A DNA stretch of 64,000 nt from Gemmatimonadales bacterium (GTDB lineage: Bacteria; Gemmatimonadota; Gemmatimonadetes; Gemmatimonadales; GWC2-71-9), in assembly GCA_011772755.1 (NCBI GenBank), contig WVYX01000293.1:58949-122948 (forward strand). The letters run 5' to 3'. Numbering within the stretch: position 1 is the stretch's first letter; the number at the start of each line of letters is the position of its first letter. The notes beneath the pieces were generated by a model, which had not been told where the DNA came from, did not search any database, and saw nothing but the letters and a program-made list of their open reading frames with translations. A program made the position numbers and the translations under genes. Shown one piece after another: positions 52,855-63,761 of this stretch.

Positions 52855-54048
52855 TCATCGCCCCTCGAGCGCCGCGCTCAGCTTCCGCACCCGCTCCACC
52901 GCGTGCGGCATCACTTCGACGACCCGGGCCACGTCGTCCAGGGTGTTGTCCTTCGAGAAGGAGAACCGGACCGAGGCGGCCGCCAGCTCGGGCGGCAACC
53001 CCATGGCGGTGAGGACATGGGACGGTATTGCGCTGCCCGTGTCGCAGGCCGCACCAGACGAGCAGGCGATGCCGGCGAGGTCGAGCTGCATGAGCAGGGT
53101 CTCGCTGTTGGCCCCCGGGATCGAAATGTTGCTGACGTGCGGGGCCCGGGTCCCACCGGCGCCGTTGACCTGGGCATCCCCTACTTCTGCCAGGAGCCGA
53201 CGCTCCAGCTCGTCGCGCAACTGCCGGGTGGTCACCGCCGTCGCGTCGAGTTCCGCTGCGGCAAGCTGCGCGGCCGCCGCGAGTCCGATGGCACCGGGGA
53301 CGTTTTCGGTGCCTGGCCTGATCCCCAACTCTTGGCCGCCTCCGTGGAGCAGCGGCTCGAGCATCTGCCTGCTGCGGGCGATGAGGGCTCCGATGCCTTT
53401 CGGGGCGCCCATCTTGTGGCCCGATAGACAAAGCAGCGAGATGGGCTGGTCGGCGATGGAGCACGGCACCTTGCCGAGGGCTTGCACCGCGTCGGTGTGA
53501 AACGGCGTATTCGCCGCCGCCGCCCGGCGAGCCAGTTCCGGGATGTCCTGCACGATGCCCACTTCGTTGTTGACCCACATGACACTGAGGAGTGCCACGC
53601 CCTGCTCCAGCGCTGCGCCGACGGCGTCCAGGTCTACCTGACCGGTGTCCCCGACCGGGAGGATGATGGCTTCTCCACCCAGCCGTTCGACTGCCTTGGC
53701 TGACGCCAGCACCGCCTTGTGCTCGATGGCGCTGACCGCCACCGCAAACGGCCGGCCTGCGGAACGGGCTGCCAGCGCCGTGCCAAGCACGGCGAGGTTG
53801 TCCGCCTCGGTGCCTCCGGAGGTGAACAGCACGTCGCCCGGCTCGACGCCGATGACCTCGGCGATGCGTCGCCGAGCCTGTTCGACCGCCTCGCGGGCGG
53901 CCCGGCCCAGCCGGTGCGTGGAGCTGGGGTTCCCGAAGTTCCCCTCGCTGAGGAACGGCTCCATCGCTTCACGGACTTCCCTGCGGACCGGGGTCGTTGC
54001 GGCGCTGTCGAGATAGACGACTCGCTGAGCGGTTGGCGGCGTGTTCAT
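52855..54048 (-). CDS. Cysteine desulfurase (NifS/IscS class)
   Basis: [29 protein letters not shown] (PLP Lys), SSGAAC active-site loop. Confidence 0.9.
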   Translation of the reverse strand: MNTPPTAQRVVYLDSAATTPVRREVREAMEPFLSEGNFGNPSSTHRLGRAAREAVEQARRRIAEVIGVEPGDVLFTSGGTEADNLAVLGTALAARSAGRPFAVAVSAIEHKAVLASAKAVERLGGEAIILPVGDTGQVDLDAVGAALEQGVALLSVMWVNNEVGIVQDIPELARRAAAANTPFHTDAVQALGKVPCSIADQPISLLCLSGHKMGAPKGIGALIARSRQMLEPLLHGGGQELGIRPGTENVPGAIGLAAAAQLAAAELDATAVTTRQLRDELERRLLAEVGDAQVNGAGGTRAPHVSNISIPGANSETLLMQLDLAGIACSSGAACDTGSAIPSHVLTAMGLPPELAAASVRFSFSKDNTLDDVARVVEVMPHAVERVRKLSAALEGR

Positions 54049-54093
54049 GGGCGGGTTGTAAGGTAGGAACGCAAAGCTCTTGGGGAAAGGCCG

Positions 54094-54222
54094 GTGGGAT
54101 GTGGTGAGTGGTTGGCGGTCAGTGGTCGGTTGTCTTGGCAGTCTTGGACCACCGCTCCTGCCAACGGGATCGCTGGCCGATTGGCAACGACCTCAGACCA
54201 CCAACCACTCACCACATCCCAC
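54094..54222. repeat. 27-bp inverted repeat (26/27) with a 75-nt structured spacer
   Basis: GTGGGATGTGGTGAGTGGTTGGCGGTC (54094-120) vs GACCACCAACCACTCACCACATCCCAC (54196-222); inner TTGGCAG/CTGCCAA. Confidence 0.9.
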
Positions 54223-54252
54223 TGACCACGTCCCACACACCATTCAACCACG

Positions 54253-54981
54253 CTACATCGACACCACGCCCATCGTCACGACATCGTCCACTCGCACTGT
54301 CTCATACGTCATGTACGGCTCGCCGTAGCTCGTGCGGATCAGGCTTCCGTAGTGGGCGTTCTGCGTGCGGATGAGGTCGTACAGGTCCTGACCCGTGGGG
54401 AAGATCTCGCCGGCGGTCTTCACTCCGTCAAACTGTGAGCGGTAGCACCGGACCGCCTCCAGCTTGGCGTCGAACTCCGCCGAGATATCCACGACGAACG
54501 TTGGCTTGACAGGATCCTCGCGATAGGCGAGGGCGTAGAGGATCTTGCTCGGCCGATGCGCCTTGCCTCCCGCGGAGTAGTTGCGCAGCCCGGCCAGGAA
54601 ACAAGCGTCCCGGCAGAGTTCCGACGCGATACGATGGTCCGGATGCCGCCCGACGGGGAAGGGGAGAATGACGGTCCTCGGGCGCAATGAGCGGACCAAC
54701 TCCACCACGGTTCGCCGCATGTCATCGCTGTTATGGAGGTGACCGTCCGGCAGGCCGGCGTTCACCCGCTCAGTCACCCCCATTGCCCGCGCCGCCTCGG
54801 CAGCCTCTTCGGTCCGGGTGTGGGGTGTTCCTCGGGTCGCCGTCTCCCCACGAGTGAGGTCCACGATGCCCGTGACGTGTCCTTGCTTGGCGGCCTTGAT
54901 CAAGGTTCCACCACAGCTGAGCTCGACATCGTCGGGGTGAGCCCCGATGGCGAGGAGATCGACCGCCTTCGCCATGTGCAC
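54253..54981 (-). CDS. bshB1: PIG-L/LmbE family deacetylase, BshB1-like (bacillithiol biosynthesis)
   Basis: DLLAIGAHPDDVELSCGGTLIK...GIVDLTRGE...RG pattern. Confidence 0.7.
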   Translation of the reverse strand: MHMAKAVDLLAIGAHPDDVELSCGGTLIKAAKQGHVTGIVDLTRGETATRGTPHTRTEEAAEAARAMGVTERVNAGLPDGHLHNSDDMRRTVVELVRSLRPRTVILPFPVGRHPDHRIASELCRDACFLAGLRNYSAGGKAHRPSKILYALAYREDPVKPTFVVDISAEFDAKLEAVRCYRSQFDGVKTAGEIFPTGQDLYDLIRTQNAHYGSLIRTSYGEPYMTYETVRVDDVVTMGVVSM

Positions 54982-55025
54982 TTCCTCCTCGAGTCTGATG
55001 CGCTGTTGGCTGTGCGCCGTGCGTT

Positions 55026-55085
55026 GTGAAATGTGAAGGGTGAAACGTGAAGCGGCGGTTTCACATTTCGCGTTTCACACTTCAC
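55026..55085. repeat. GTGAA-unit hairpin (~28 pairs incl. 3 mismatches, 3 G-U; GGCG loop)
   Basis: GTGAAATGTGAAGGGTGAAACGTGAAGC / GTTTCACATTTCGCGTTTCACACTTCAC; 39 nt downstream of the last permease stop. Confidence 0.8.
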
Positions 55086-55123
55086 GATTCACAGCGCACC
55101 GCTCACCGCGCACCCAGACCGTG

Positions 55124-56422
55124 TCATTCGTACCGCAGCGCCTCCACCGGATCCAGCCGCGCTGCCCGGTTCGCCGGGAGGAGGCCGAATACCAGCCCGA
55201 TTCCGATCGAAATCCCGGTCGCCACCACGGCGCTCCAGATCGGCACGCCGGTGTCGAACCTGAGCACACCATTGAGTACCTGCCCTGCTCCGAGTCCAAC
55301 GGCTATCCCCACCGCGCCTCCGGCGAATGTGAGTGTCGCCGATTCAATCAAGAACTGCCAGAGGATCTCTCGTCGCGTAGCTCCCATCGCCTTGCGGACG
55401 CCGATCTCTCGAGTGCGGCTGGTCACGGATACCATCATGATGGCCATCACTCCGATACCGCCGACCATCAGCGCTACGCTCGAGAGCACGATCATTACCA
55501 GGAAGAACACACCCGTGAGCTGGTTGAACACGTTCAGAATCTGATCTGACGTGATCATGTCGAAGGTGTTCGGGTCTCCCGGTCTCAGACCCCGCATCCG
55601 GCGGAGCTGCAGCGTGGCCGCGTCCATGGCGGCATCGACGGTGACCCCGTCACGGGGCTTGACCAGGATGAGGAGGGATTGCGTCTCGTCGTACCGAAAC
55701 GCATGTCGCGCGGCCTCGAACGGGACGATGGCTGATATCTCCTGACCGGGGGGCTGGAAGATGTTTTCCGGCTTGCGATACAGCCCTATCACTCTGAACG
55801 CTCGTCCGCCCACCCGCATGACGCGGCGGAGGGGGTTCACTTGGCCGAATACCTTCTCCGCCGCTTCACGTTCGAGTATGACCACGCCGGTCCCGGTGCG
55901 TACCTCTGTGGGCGTGAAGGTCCGGCCCGAGATGATAGCGCCTCCCAGAACCTCCATGAAGCGCTCGTCCGCTCCGTAGACCACGGTGAGTTGGCTGCGC
56001 ACACCCTCGTATTCCAGGCGCTCGAACACACCCACCCAGATGGAGCTGTAGTGGATCTCGGGCAGCCGCTCGATGGCATCGGCTTCTCTCCGTCGGAGGA
56101 CGGGGCGGATGCGCACCTCCCGCGGCAGGGCGTCGGGGTTGAGGGGGGTGGATGAGAAGAACCGGAGGATCCGGAAGGTGGTGGGCCCAACCACCTCCAG
56201 CGTGTTGAAGATCTGGGACCGGATTCCGTGCACGATGGATGCCATGGCCATGACGGTGGCGACCCCGATGATGATGCCGAGGATCGTGAGGGCCGAGCGC
56301 AGCTTCTGCGATCGGATTGCGGCCACTGCCATGCCGGCGCCCTCGGCGAAGTTGACGAACTTCACTGCCCCGCCCCTGTCCCCTGCCACTCCCGGCGGTT
56401 CGGCGGACGGGCGGTCGAGCAT
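55124..56422 (-). CDS. MacB-like ABC permease 4 (FtsX + periplasmic core domain)
   Basis: KLRSALTILGIIIGVATV, C-terminal ...NRAARLDPVEALRYE; alternative GTG start at 56365. Confidence 0.88.
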   Translation of the reverse strand: MLDRPSAEPPGVAGDRGGAVKFVNFAEGAGMAVAAIRSQKLRSALTILGIIIGVATVMAMASIVHGIRSQIFNTLEVVGPTTFRILRFFSSTPLNPDALPREVRIRPVLRRREADAIERLPEIHYSSIWVGVFERLEYEGVRSQLTVVYGADERFMEVLGGAIISGRTFTPTEVRTGTGVVILEREAAEKVFGQVNPLRRVMRVGGRAFRVIGLYRKPENIFQPPGQEISAIVPFEAARHAFRYDETQSLLILVKPRDGVTVDAAMDAATLQLRRMRGLRPGDPNTFDMITSDQILNVFNQLTGVFFLVMIVLSSVALMVGGIGVMAIMMVSVTSRTREIGVRKAMGATRREILWQFLIESATLTFAGGAVGIAVGLGAGQVLNGVLRFDTGVPIWSAVVATGISIGIGLVFGLLPANRAARLDPVEALRYE

Positions 56423-56424
56423 TG

Positions 56425-56446
56425 CGCTTTCCGCTTCCCGCTTCCC
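56425..56446. repeat. GCTTYCC heptamer x3 in the intercistronic spacer
   Basis: GCTTTCC GCTTCCC GCTTCCC G. Confidence 0.7.
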
Positions 56447-56480
56447 GAAGCTCCGTGCAGCATGGGGATTCAGCTCCTCC

Positions 56481-57728
56481 TCACTGCTCGAAGCGAAGTG
56501 CTGCGATGGGGTCCAGCCGCGCCGCCCGAGATGCCGGGTAGACCCCGAAGATGAGCCCTATGCTTGCGCCGAGGCCGAGGGCCACCGAGACCGACCACCA
56601 TGTGATGCGTGCGGGTAGCGGAGAGACCACTGCCACCAGCTGCGCCAGCGCCCAGCCCGCCACGATCCCCAGCAGGCCTCCCAGCGTGGCCAGGGCCACG
56701 GATTCCGCCAAGAACTGTTGCTGGATGTCCGTCCGTCGGGCGCCCACTGATTTGCGGATGCCGATCTCCCGGGTGCGTTCGTGCACGCTCATCAGCATGA
56801 TGTTCATGATGACGATTCCGCCCACCACGATCCCAATCGCCACCACCGCCGGAACCACGGTGAAGATGATCCGGGTGAGGTTTTGCCAGAACGTGATCAA
56901 GCCTTCCGCCGTGTCCACGGTGAAGTCATTGGCCTGGCCCGGACGCAGCTGGCGGGCGATGCGCATGGCTTCCTCCGCCCGCAGCATGGCGTCAGCCACC
57001 TGCGCAGCCTCGGGCATCTTCACCGAGATCACGGTGGTCTGGCGGCGGCCGTACATCGCCTCGAAGAGGGTGAGCGGGAGCATCACGAACCCGTCCATGG
57101 ACTGTCCCAGGACGGTGCCCTTCTTCTCGACGATGCCCTTGACGGCCACCTGAAAGCCTCGGACGCGGATCCTCCTGCCGATGGCGGCGTCGAAGTTGTC
57201 GAACAGCTTGTCGGCTACGTCGAAGCCGAGGATGGCCACACGCCGCCGCTCGCGGACGTCGATTTCCGTCAGCGGCTCGCCAGCCGCGGTCTCGTAGTCC
57301 TGGACAACCTGATAGGGCGCCGTCACGCCCACCACGAGGACGTCCCCCACCGTGCGATTCCGCCAGCTGACGTCCGCCATCGGCGTCGGCCACCCGGACT
57401 GCAGGGCGATAGCTTCGGCGTCAGGGATAGCCCGCGAAACGTAGTCGGCTTCCTCAGGGCGGATGACGGGCCGACGCTGCAGCTCGCGCCACTCCTCGTC
57501 GTCGATCAGCCCAACGGAAATCGGTATGCGCCGGATCTGAAACGCGTTCCGGCCCACGATTGCCCCGGCGAGGTTCTCCCGCACGTAGGCGTTCATTCCC
57601 TGGATGATGGCCACCACGGCAACGAGGAAGGCTACCGAGACGATGATGCCGAGCAGGGTGAAGAACGACCGCAACTTGTGGTTGGCGATCTCTCGGAGGG
57701 CGAGACGGAGTCCTTCGAGAAGAGGCAT
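56481..57728 (-). CDS. MacB-like ABC permease 3
   Basis: HKLRSFFTLLGIIVSVA..., ...SRAARLDPIAALRFEQ. Confidence 0.88.
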   Translation of the reverse strand: MPLLEGLRLALREIANHKLRSFFTLLGIIVSVAFLVAVVAIIQGMNAYVRENLAGAIVGRNAFQIRRIPISVGLIDDEEWRELQRRPVIRPEEADYVSRAIPDAEAIALQSGWPTPMADVSWRNRTVGDVLVVGVTAPYQVVQDYETAAGEPLTEIDVRERRRVAILGFDVADKLFDNFDAAIGRRIRVRGFQVAVKGIVEKKGTVLGQSMDGFVMLPLTLFEAMYGRRQTTVISVKMPEAAQVADAMLRAEEAMRIARQLRPGQANDFTVDTAEGLITFWQNLTRIIFTVVPAVVAIGIVVGGIVIMNIMLMSVHERTREIGIRKSVGARRTDIQQQFLAESVALATLGGLLGIVAGWALAQLVAVVSPLPARITWWSVSVALGLGASIGLIFGVYPASRAARLDPIAALRFEQ

Positions 57729-57750
57729 GGAGGCAATCTACTCAAGGGGG

Positions 57751-57816
57751 AGGTGGGGGAGATGGGGGAGGTGATCAATCATGTCTTCTCTCCCTCCTCC
57801 CCCATCTCCCCCACCT
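57751..57816. repeat. Perfect 21-bp inverted repeat, 24-nt spacer, between two permease genes
   Basis: 57751-71 is the exact reverse complement of 57796-816 (checked); contains the GGGGAGGTGGGGGAG core. Confidence 0.95.
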
Positions 57817-57818
57817 AA

Positions 57819-59051
57819 TCACTCATACCGTAGTGCCTCTACCGGATCCAGTCTCGCCGCCCGGGCGGCGGGATAGAGGCCAAAAGCGACACCCGTCAGG
57901 ATCGACATTCCCAGGGCCGCAACCACGGAGAACATGGGCACCTTGGCTGGCAGCGGCGTCGCGTTGGCGACGATGAAACTGATGCCGCCGCCCAGGAGCA
58001 TGCCGATGGCGCCGCCCACGGCGGTGAGCGTGGCTGCCTCAACCAGGAACTGCCACAGGATCTCCCGGCGCTTTGCACCCAGTGCCTTGCGCACGCCGAT
58101 CTCTCGGGTGCGCTCGGTGACCGAGATCATCATGATGGCCACGACGCCCACGCCACCCACCATGAGCCCAACGCTGGAGAGGGCAATCATCACCAGGAAG
58201 AACATGCCGGTCACCTGGTTCCAGCTGTCCAGCAGTTTGTCCTGCGTCACGATGGCGAAGTTGTTCTCCTCGGCTGGGCGGAGCTCGCGCATCGAGCGCA
58301 TGACGGCCGTGACATCCTCGATGGCAGCCTGAACCGTGGTGTTTTCCTTCGGCGTGACCAGAAAGTCCATCCAACCCCGCCAGTGGGGGATGTACTTCGA
58401 GAAGGCGGAGTGCGGTATGACCGCTTCAGGCCGGTTGCCCTCGCCGAAGATGTCGGGGGGCGGGATATACACGCCGATCACCTCGAACGGCACGCCTGAG
58501 ATCTTGATCCATTTGCCGATAGGATCCAGCAGGCCGAACATCTCGCTCGCCAGCTTCTCGTTCACCACCACGACGCGGGAACTCGCCGCGTACTCCAGGT
58601 TGGTGAACGAACGACCCGGCATGATGTCCCCGGACACTTCGGCCCACCGGGCGCCCCGCCCCCGGATGCTGACCGACTCGAGCTTGCGATTGCCGTGCTC
58701 CACCTCGCGGCCTGCCCCCTCATCCACCACGACGCGGTGAATGGTGGGCAGCTGGGCGATCCGGTCAGCCTCCTCGACTGTCAGGGGTGGGTTGCGGCGC
58801 CATGGGCTCATCTCGTCAGACCCGTCGGAGACCTGGATTCCCGCCTGGAAAAAACGGAACACGAAGAACGTGCGGGGTCCCAGCTGGTTGAAGATGTCCT
58901 CCACGCCCCGGTTGATGCCGGTGATCATGGAGCCGATCACCATGACCACCATGACGCCGATGGCGACGCCGAGGATGGTGAGGGCCGCTCGCACCTTGCT
59001 GGCCCGGAGTGAAGCGAGCGCGATGCCGACGCCTTCAAACAGCTGAGTCAT
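57819..59051 (-). CDS. MacB-like ABC permease 2
   Basis: SKVRAALTILGVAIGV..., ...ARAARLDPVEALRYE. Confidence 0.88.
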   Translation of the reverse strand: MTQLFEGVGIALASLRASKVRAALTILGVAIGVMVVMVIGSMITGINRGVEDIFNQLGPRTFFVFRFFQAGIQVSDGSDEMSPWRRNPPLTVEEADRIAQLPTIHRVVVDEGAGREVEHGNRKLESVSIRGRGARWAEVSGDIMPGRSFTNLEYAASSRVVVVNEKLASEMFGLLDPIGKWIKISGVPFEVIGVYIPPPDIFGEGNRPEAVIPHSAFSKYIPHWRGWMDFLVTPKENTTVQAAIEDVTAVMRSMRELRPAEENNFAIVTQDKLLDSWNQVTGMFFLVMIALSSVGLMVGGVGVVAIMMISVTERTREIGVRKALGAKRREILWQFLVEAATLTAVGGAIGMLLGGGISFIVANATPLPAKVPMFSVVAALGMSILTGVAFGLYPAARAARLDPVEALRYE

Positions 59052-59054
59052 GAG

Positions 59055-60296
<1,242 letters not shown>

Positions 60297-60300
60297 GGAC

Positions 60301-61002
60301 CTACGCGGCCTCTCTGACCGTGTCGCTGTGGACGCGGCCGTCCAGTAGCGTGATCACTCGCCGGGCGCGGGCCGCGATGTCGCGTTCATGGGTCACCATC
60401 ACGACGGTCTGGCCTTGCTGGTGCAACCCGTCGAACACCCCCATGATCTCCGCGCTGGTCGTCGAGTCCAGGTTTCCCGTGGGCTCGTCGGCCAACAGGA
60501 TGCTGGGCTCGTTGACTAGTCCCCGAGCGATGGCCACCCGCTGGCGCTGACCCCCCGAGAGCTCGTTGGGCCTGTGTTGCATGCGGTCTGCCAACCCCAC
60601 GCGCTCCAGGGCCTGGGCGGCGCACCGCCGTCGGATCTTGGCACTCACGCCAGCGTAGATGAGGGGGAGTTCCACGTTGTGCAGCGCGGTCGCCCGTGGT
60701 AGGAGGTTGAACGTCTGGAACACGAATCCGATCTCCTGGTTTCGTATCCGGGCCAGCTCGTCGTCGCCCACCCCGGAGACTTCCACCCCGTTGAGCCAGT
60801 ACTCCCCAACCGTGCAGGTGTCCAGGCAGCCGATGATGTTCATCAGCGTCGACTTGCCCGAGCCCGACGGTCCCATGATCGCCACGTACTCGTTGCGGTA
60901 GATCTCCATGTCCACACCCCGGAGAGCGTGCACCGTCTCGGCTCCCATGCGGTACTCCCGGGTGAGGCCGGAGACGCGAATCAGGGACCCGTCACGCGTC
61001 AT
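60301..61002 (-). CDS. ABC transporter ATP-binding protein (MacB/LolD-type)
   Basis: [28 protein letters not shown]. Confidence 0.92.
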   Translation of the reverse strand: MTRDGSLIRVSGLTREYRMGAETVHALRGVDMEIYRNEYVAIMGPSGSGKSTLMNIIGCLDTCTVGEYWLNGVEVSGVGDDELARIRNQEIGFVFQTFNLLPRATALHNVELPLIYAGVSAKIRRRCAAQALERVGLADRMQHRPNELSGGQRQRVAIARGLVNEPSILLADEPTGNLDSTTSAEIMGVFDGLHQQGQTVVMVTHERDIAARARRVITLLDGRVHSDTVREAA

Positions 61003-62249
61003 CGCTCCTCCCGCTCACTGCGGTCTGCGGTTGGGCGGACGGGAGTGCCGTCCCGCAGATCGCGGATGGTCTGGTAAGGGCCCCCCACGATGGAGTCGCC
61101 CTCGACCAGGCCCTCGAGCACCTCGAAGTACTCCTCGCCCGCGATGCCGACCTTCACCGGCCGGAACTCGGCGATGCCGTTGACCACCACGAACACCCCT
61201 TCGGTCTCCTCTTTTCCCCCGGCGGTGTCCTGGGGAACGGTTTCGGTCGAGATAGGCTCATGCTCCCGTATCGTGAGGGCGATGATGGGGATGCTGAGGG
61301 AGCTGTCGCGGGTCGCAGTGACGATCTTGGCGGTGGCCGAAAGGTCGGGTCGGATGCCGGGGGGCGGGTCATTGAGGGTAACCTCGACGTCGTAGTCCAC
61401 CGCCTGATTGGTGCCGCCGGCGGTCGCCGCCGCGGCCCGGACCGCACTCTTGGAGATCTTGGTGACCTGCCCCGCGAAGGTGGTGTCGGGGAACGCATCG
61501 ATCGTCACTTCCGCCGAGTCCTCCAGGTGGAGCCGCACCACATCGGTCTCATCCACTCGGACGTTCACCTGAATGACCGAGAGGTCCGCCACGGTCATCA
61601 GCAGGCCGACTTCGCGGGAGAAGTTGCTGGGGACTGCCACTTCGCCCTCCTCGACGGCGAGGCGCGTGATTTCGCCGCTCATGGGGGCGCGCAACACGGT
61701 CTTGGCCAGCTGCTCCTCAGCTTCTTGGAGGCTGGCCCGTGACTGGGCCACCTGGTGTTCTGCCGACGTGGCCAGGGCTTCGGCCACATCGTACCCGGTC
61801 TGCGCCTGCTCCAGCTGCTCGTCCGAGACCAGGTTGGGATCCTGACGCCTGAGTTCCTGGGCCCGTTCCAGCGCCCGCTTCGCCTGGTCGCGATTGGCGC
61901 GAGCCTGTAGTGCCGATGCTTCCGCCGAGGCTAACAGGGCCCGCGCCCGGGCGACACCCGCCTCGTACTGCGAGGGGTCGATGCGGAGGACGAGGTCACC
62001 TTTCTGGACGGTGTCCCCTTCCTCGACCGGGATGTAGGTGATACGGCCCGTGATGTCCGCGCTGATATCCACGGAGCGCTGCGGTTCGATCTGGCCGCTC
62101 GCGGTTACCGTGGCGACCAGGTCGCGCCGCTCCACCTCCTCAATGCGCACCGACTCGCCCCGATCTCCCTGGGACGCGGCATTGAAGGCGATCAGGGCAA
62201 CGACGGCGACTCCCAGGCCTCCGAATATGATGAGCTTCTTACGAGACAT
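60999..62249 (-). CDS. Efflux periplasmic adaptor (MacA/HlyD-type membrane fusion protein)
   Basis: N-terminal anchor, lipoyl/barrel-sandwich halves flanking a coiled-coil hairpin. Confidence 0.88.
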   Translation of the reverse strand: MSRKKLIIFGGLGVAVVALIAFNAASQGDRGESVRIEEVERRDLVATVTASGQIEPQRSVDISADITGRITYIPVEEGDTVQKGDLVLRIDPSQYEAGVARARALLASAEASALQARANRDQAKRALERAQELRRQDPNLVSDEQLEQAQTGYDVAEALATSAEHQVAQSRASLQEAEEQLAKTVLRAPMSGEITRLAVEEGEVAVPSNFSREVGLLMTVADLSVIQVNVRVDETDVVRLHLEDSAEVTIDAFPDTTFAGQVTKISKSAVRAAAATAGGTNQAVDYDVEVTLNDPPPGIRPDLSATAKIVTATRDSSLSIPIIALTIREHEPISTETVPQDTAGGKEETEGVFVVVNGIAEFRPVKVGIAGEEYFEVLEGLVEGDSIVGGPYQTIRDLRDGTPVRPTADRSEREER

Positions 62250-62264
62250 TGCGATCCTGTCTTT

Positions 62265-63761
62265 CTAACGCAGCGGTCGTCCCACAGCGGCCTCGAGGGT
62301 GGCGATGGCCCGGTGGTAAGCATAGATAGCATTAATGTAGTCGGCTTCCGCTCGCTGCGCGGCTACCTGTGCGTCCAACAGCTCGAAGAAGGTGCCGGAC
62401 CCCACCCGATACCGTTCGGTGGCGAGGCGGAGTTGCTCTCCGGCGGCCGTGCGGTTGTTCTCCTGAATGCCGATCGTCTCGTAGGCGGTGAGCAACGAGT
62501 AGTACGCCTGGCTCACCTCGGTGCGTACCAGCAGCTCCCGGGCCCGGACAGCTTCCCGTGCATCGTCTGTCAAGACCGACGCCTCCGCGATCTGGAGCTG
62601 CCGGCTGAACTGCGTGAAGATCGGCAGCGAGATCCCAAGGGTGGCTCGAAACGGCTGGCCGGTGAAGTCGAAGGGGAAGACCTCGTTCCGCTCCCGGATG
62701 TCCTGCGCCCGATCGGGCGTGAGGGCAAACGATGTGCAGTCCACGGGCGGGCTCAGCCCCGGGTTGAGCCAGTACTGATCCGCGAACTGGCACTGTTGCA
62801 CGGCGGCCAGAGCACCCTGCTCGGCCTGGTTCACGGGGAAGTCTGAGTTGGTGAACTCCTGCGTGAAGCCCGACCAGCCGGCTGAGAAGGACAGCGTGGG
62901 CAGCCAAGACGACTTGGCCGCACGCTCGCTCGCCCGGGCGGCCGACTCCCGAGCCCGCAGGGAGTTCAGATCGGGGTTCTCCACGTCGGCCTCGCCCAGG
63001 AGCGAGGCCAGCTCCCACTGCGGCTCGATGATGGGGAACGTGTCGGGGAGGGTCACGAATGACGGATCGTCCGGTGCCGGGACACCGAGCAGCTGGAACA
63101 GCCGCAGCTTCTCCACCGTCACGGTCTGGCGAGCCTCGAGGAGGGCAACCTCCGACTGCCCCTTCGCGACCTCCGCCTGCCGCACATCCAGCATGGTGTT
63201 CTGGCCCACGTCGAACCGCGCCTGAGCGAGACGCAGGAATTCGTCGTTGCGAGTGACCTGCAGCTCCGCGAGTTCGACCTGTGCCTCCGCCTGCAGGACA
63301 GCCAGGTACTGCTGCCGCACATTCGACTCCAGGTTGATTTCCGCCCCGGCGATGGACGCCTCCGTTGCCCGGCGCTGGGCCTTCGCCAGGCCTGGCTGCA
63401 TGAGGGTTCTGCCCGAGAGCGACATCGAGAGGCTGATGTTATAGCTGGAGCCGATCGTGGACGAGGTGAGCACGAACTCATCCGCCAGGAACGCCTGGGT
63501 GCCGGCGCCCTGGTAGCCGATCCCGCCACTCAGGTCCAGGCGGGGGAGGAAGGCGGCATAGGCATTCCGGACTCCCCACGCCGCTGGGCCCCGGTCGTTC
63601 GCCGTCTGGCGGAAGATCGGGTTGTACTGCCGTGCCAGCTCAACGGCTTCGGCCAGCGACAGGGATTGGGGGACTGACGGGAGGGCCGGCTGCTGCGCGT
63701 TGCCCGATGCGGGTAGCGCAAGCGCCAGGGCCGCGAGAAGGACGGTGGCTCTGCGTGTCAT
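62265..63761 (-). CDS. TolC family outer-membrane efflux protein
   Basis: Trimmed to ATG 63761 (GGTGGAG SD; MTRRATVLLAALALALPASGNAQQ signal); duplicated TolC repeat architecture. Confidence 0.88.
   Translation of the reverse strand: MTRRATVLLAALALALPASGNAQQPALPSVPQSLSLAEAVELARQYNPIFRQTANDRGPAAWGVRNAYAAFLPRLDLSGGIGYQGAGTQAFLADEFVLTSSTIGSSYNISLSMSLSGRTLMQPGLAKAQRRATEASIAGAEINLESNVRQQYLAVLQAEAQVELAELQVTRNDEFLRLAQARFDVGQNTMLDVRQAEVAKGQSEVALLEARQTVTVEKLRLFQLLGVPAPDDPSFVTLPDTFPIIEPQWELASLLGEADVENPDLNSLRARESAARASERAAKSSWLPTLSFSAGWSGFTQEFTNSDFPVNQAEQGALAAVQQCQFADQYWLNPGLSPPVDCTSFALTPDRAQDIRERNEVFPFDFTGQPFRATLGISLPIFTQFSRQLQIAEASVLTDDAREAVRARELLVRTEVSQAYYSLLTAYETIGIQENNRTAAGEQLRLATERYRVGSGTFFELLDAQVAAQRAEADYINAIYAYHRAIATLEAAVGRPLR

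Noticed and set aside
51593-53578. 661-aa ORF in the track suggesting a giant MnmA fusion
   Set aside because: Its N-terminal ~275 aa are R/G/P/A-rich and overlap the cysteine desulfurase gene (52855-54048) in another frame. This is a typical high-GC shadow ORF. MnmA homology starts only near 52650-52750.
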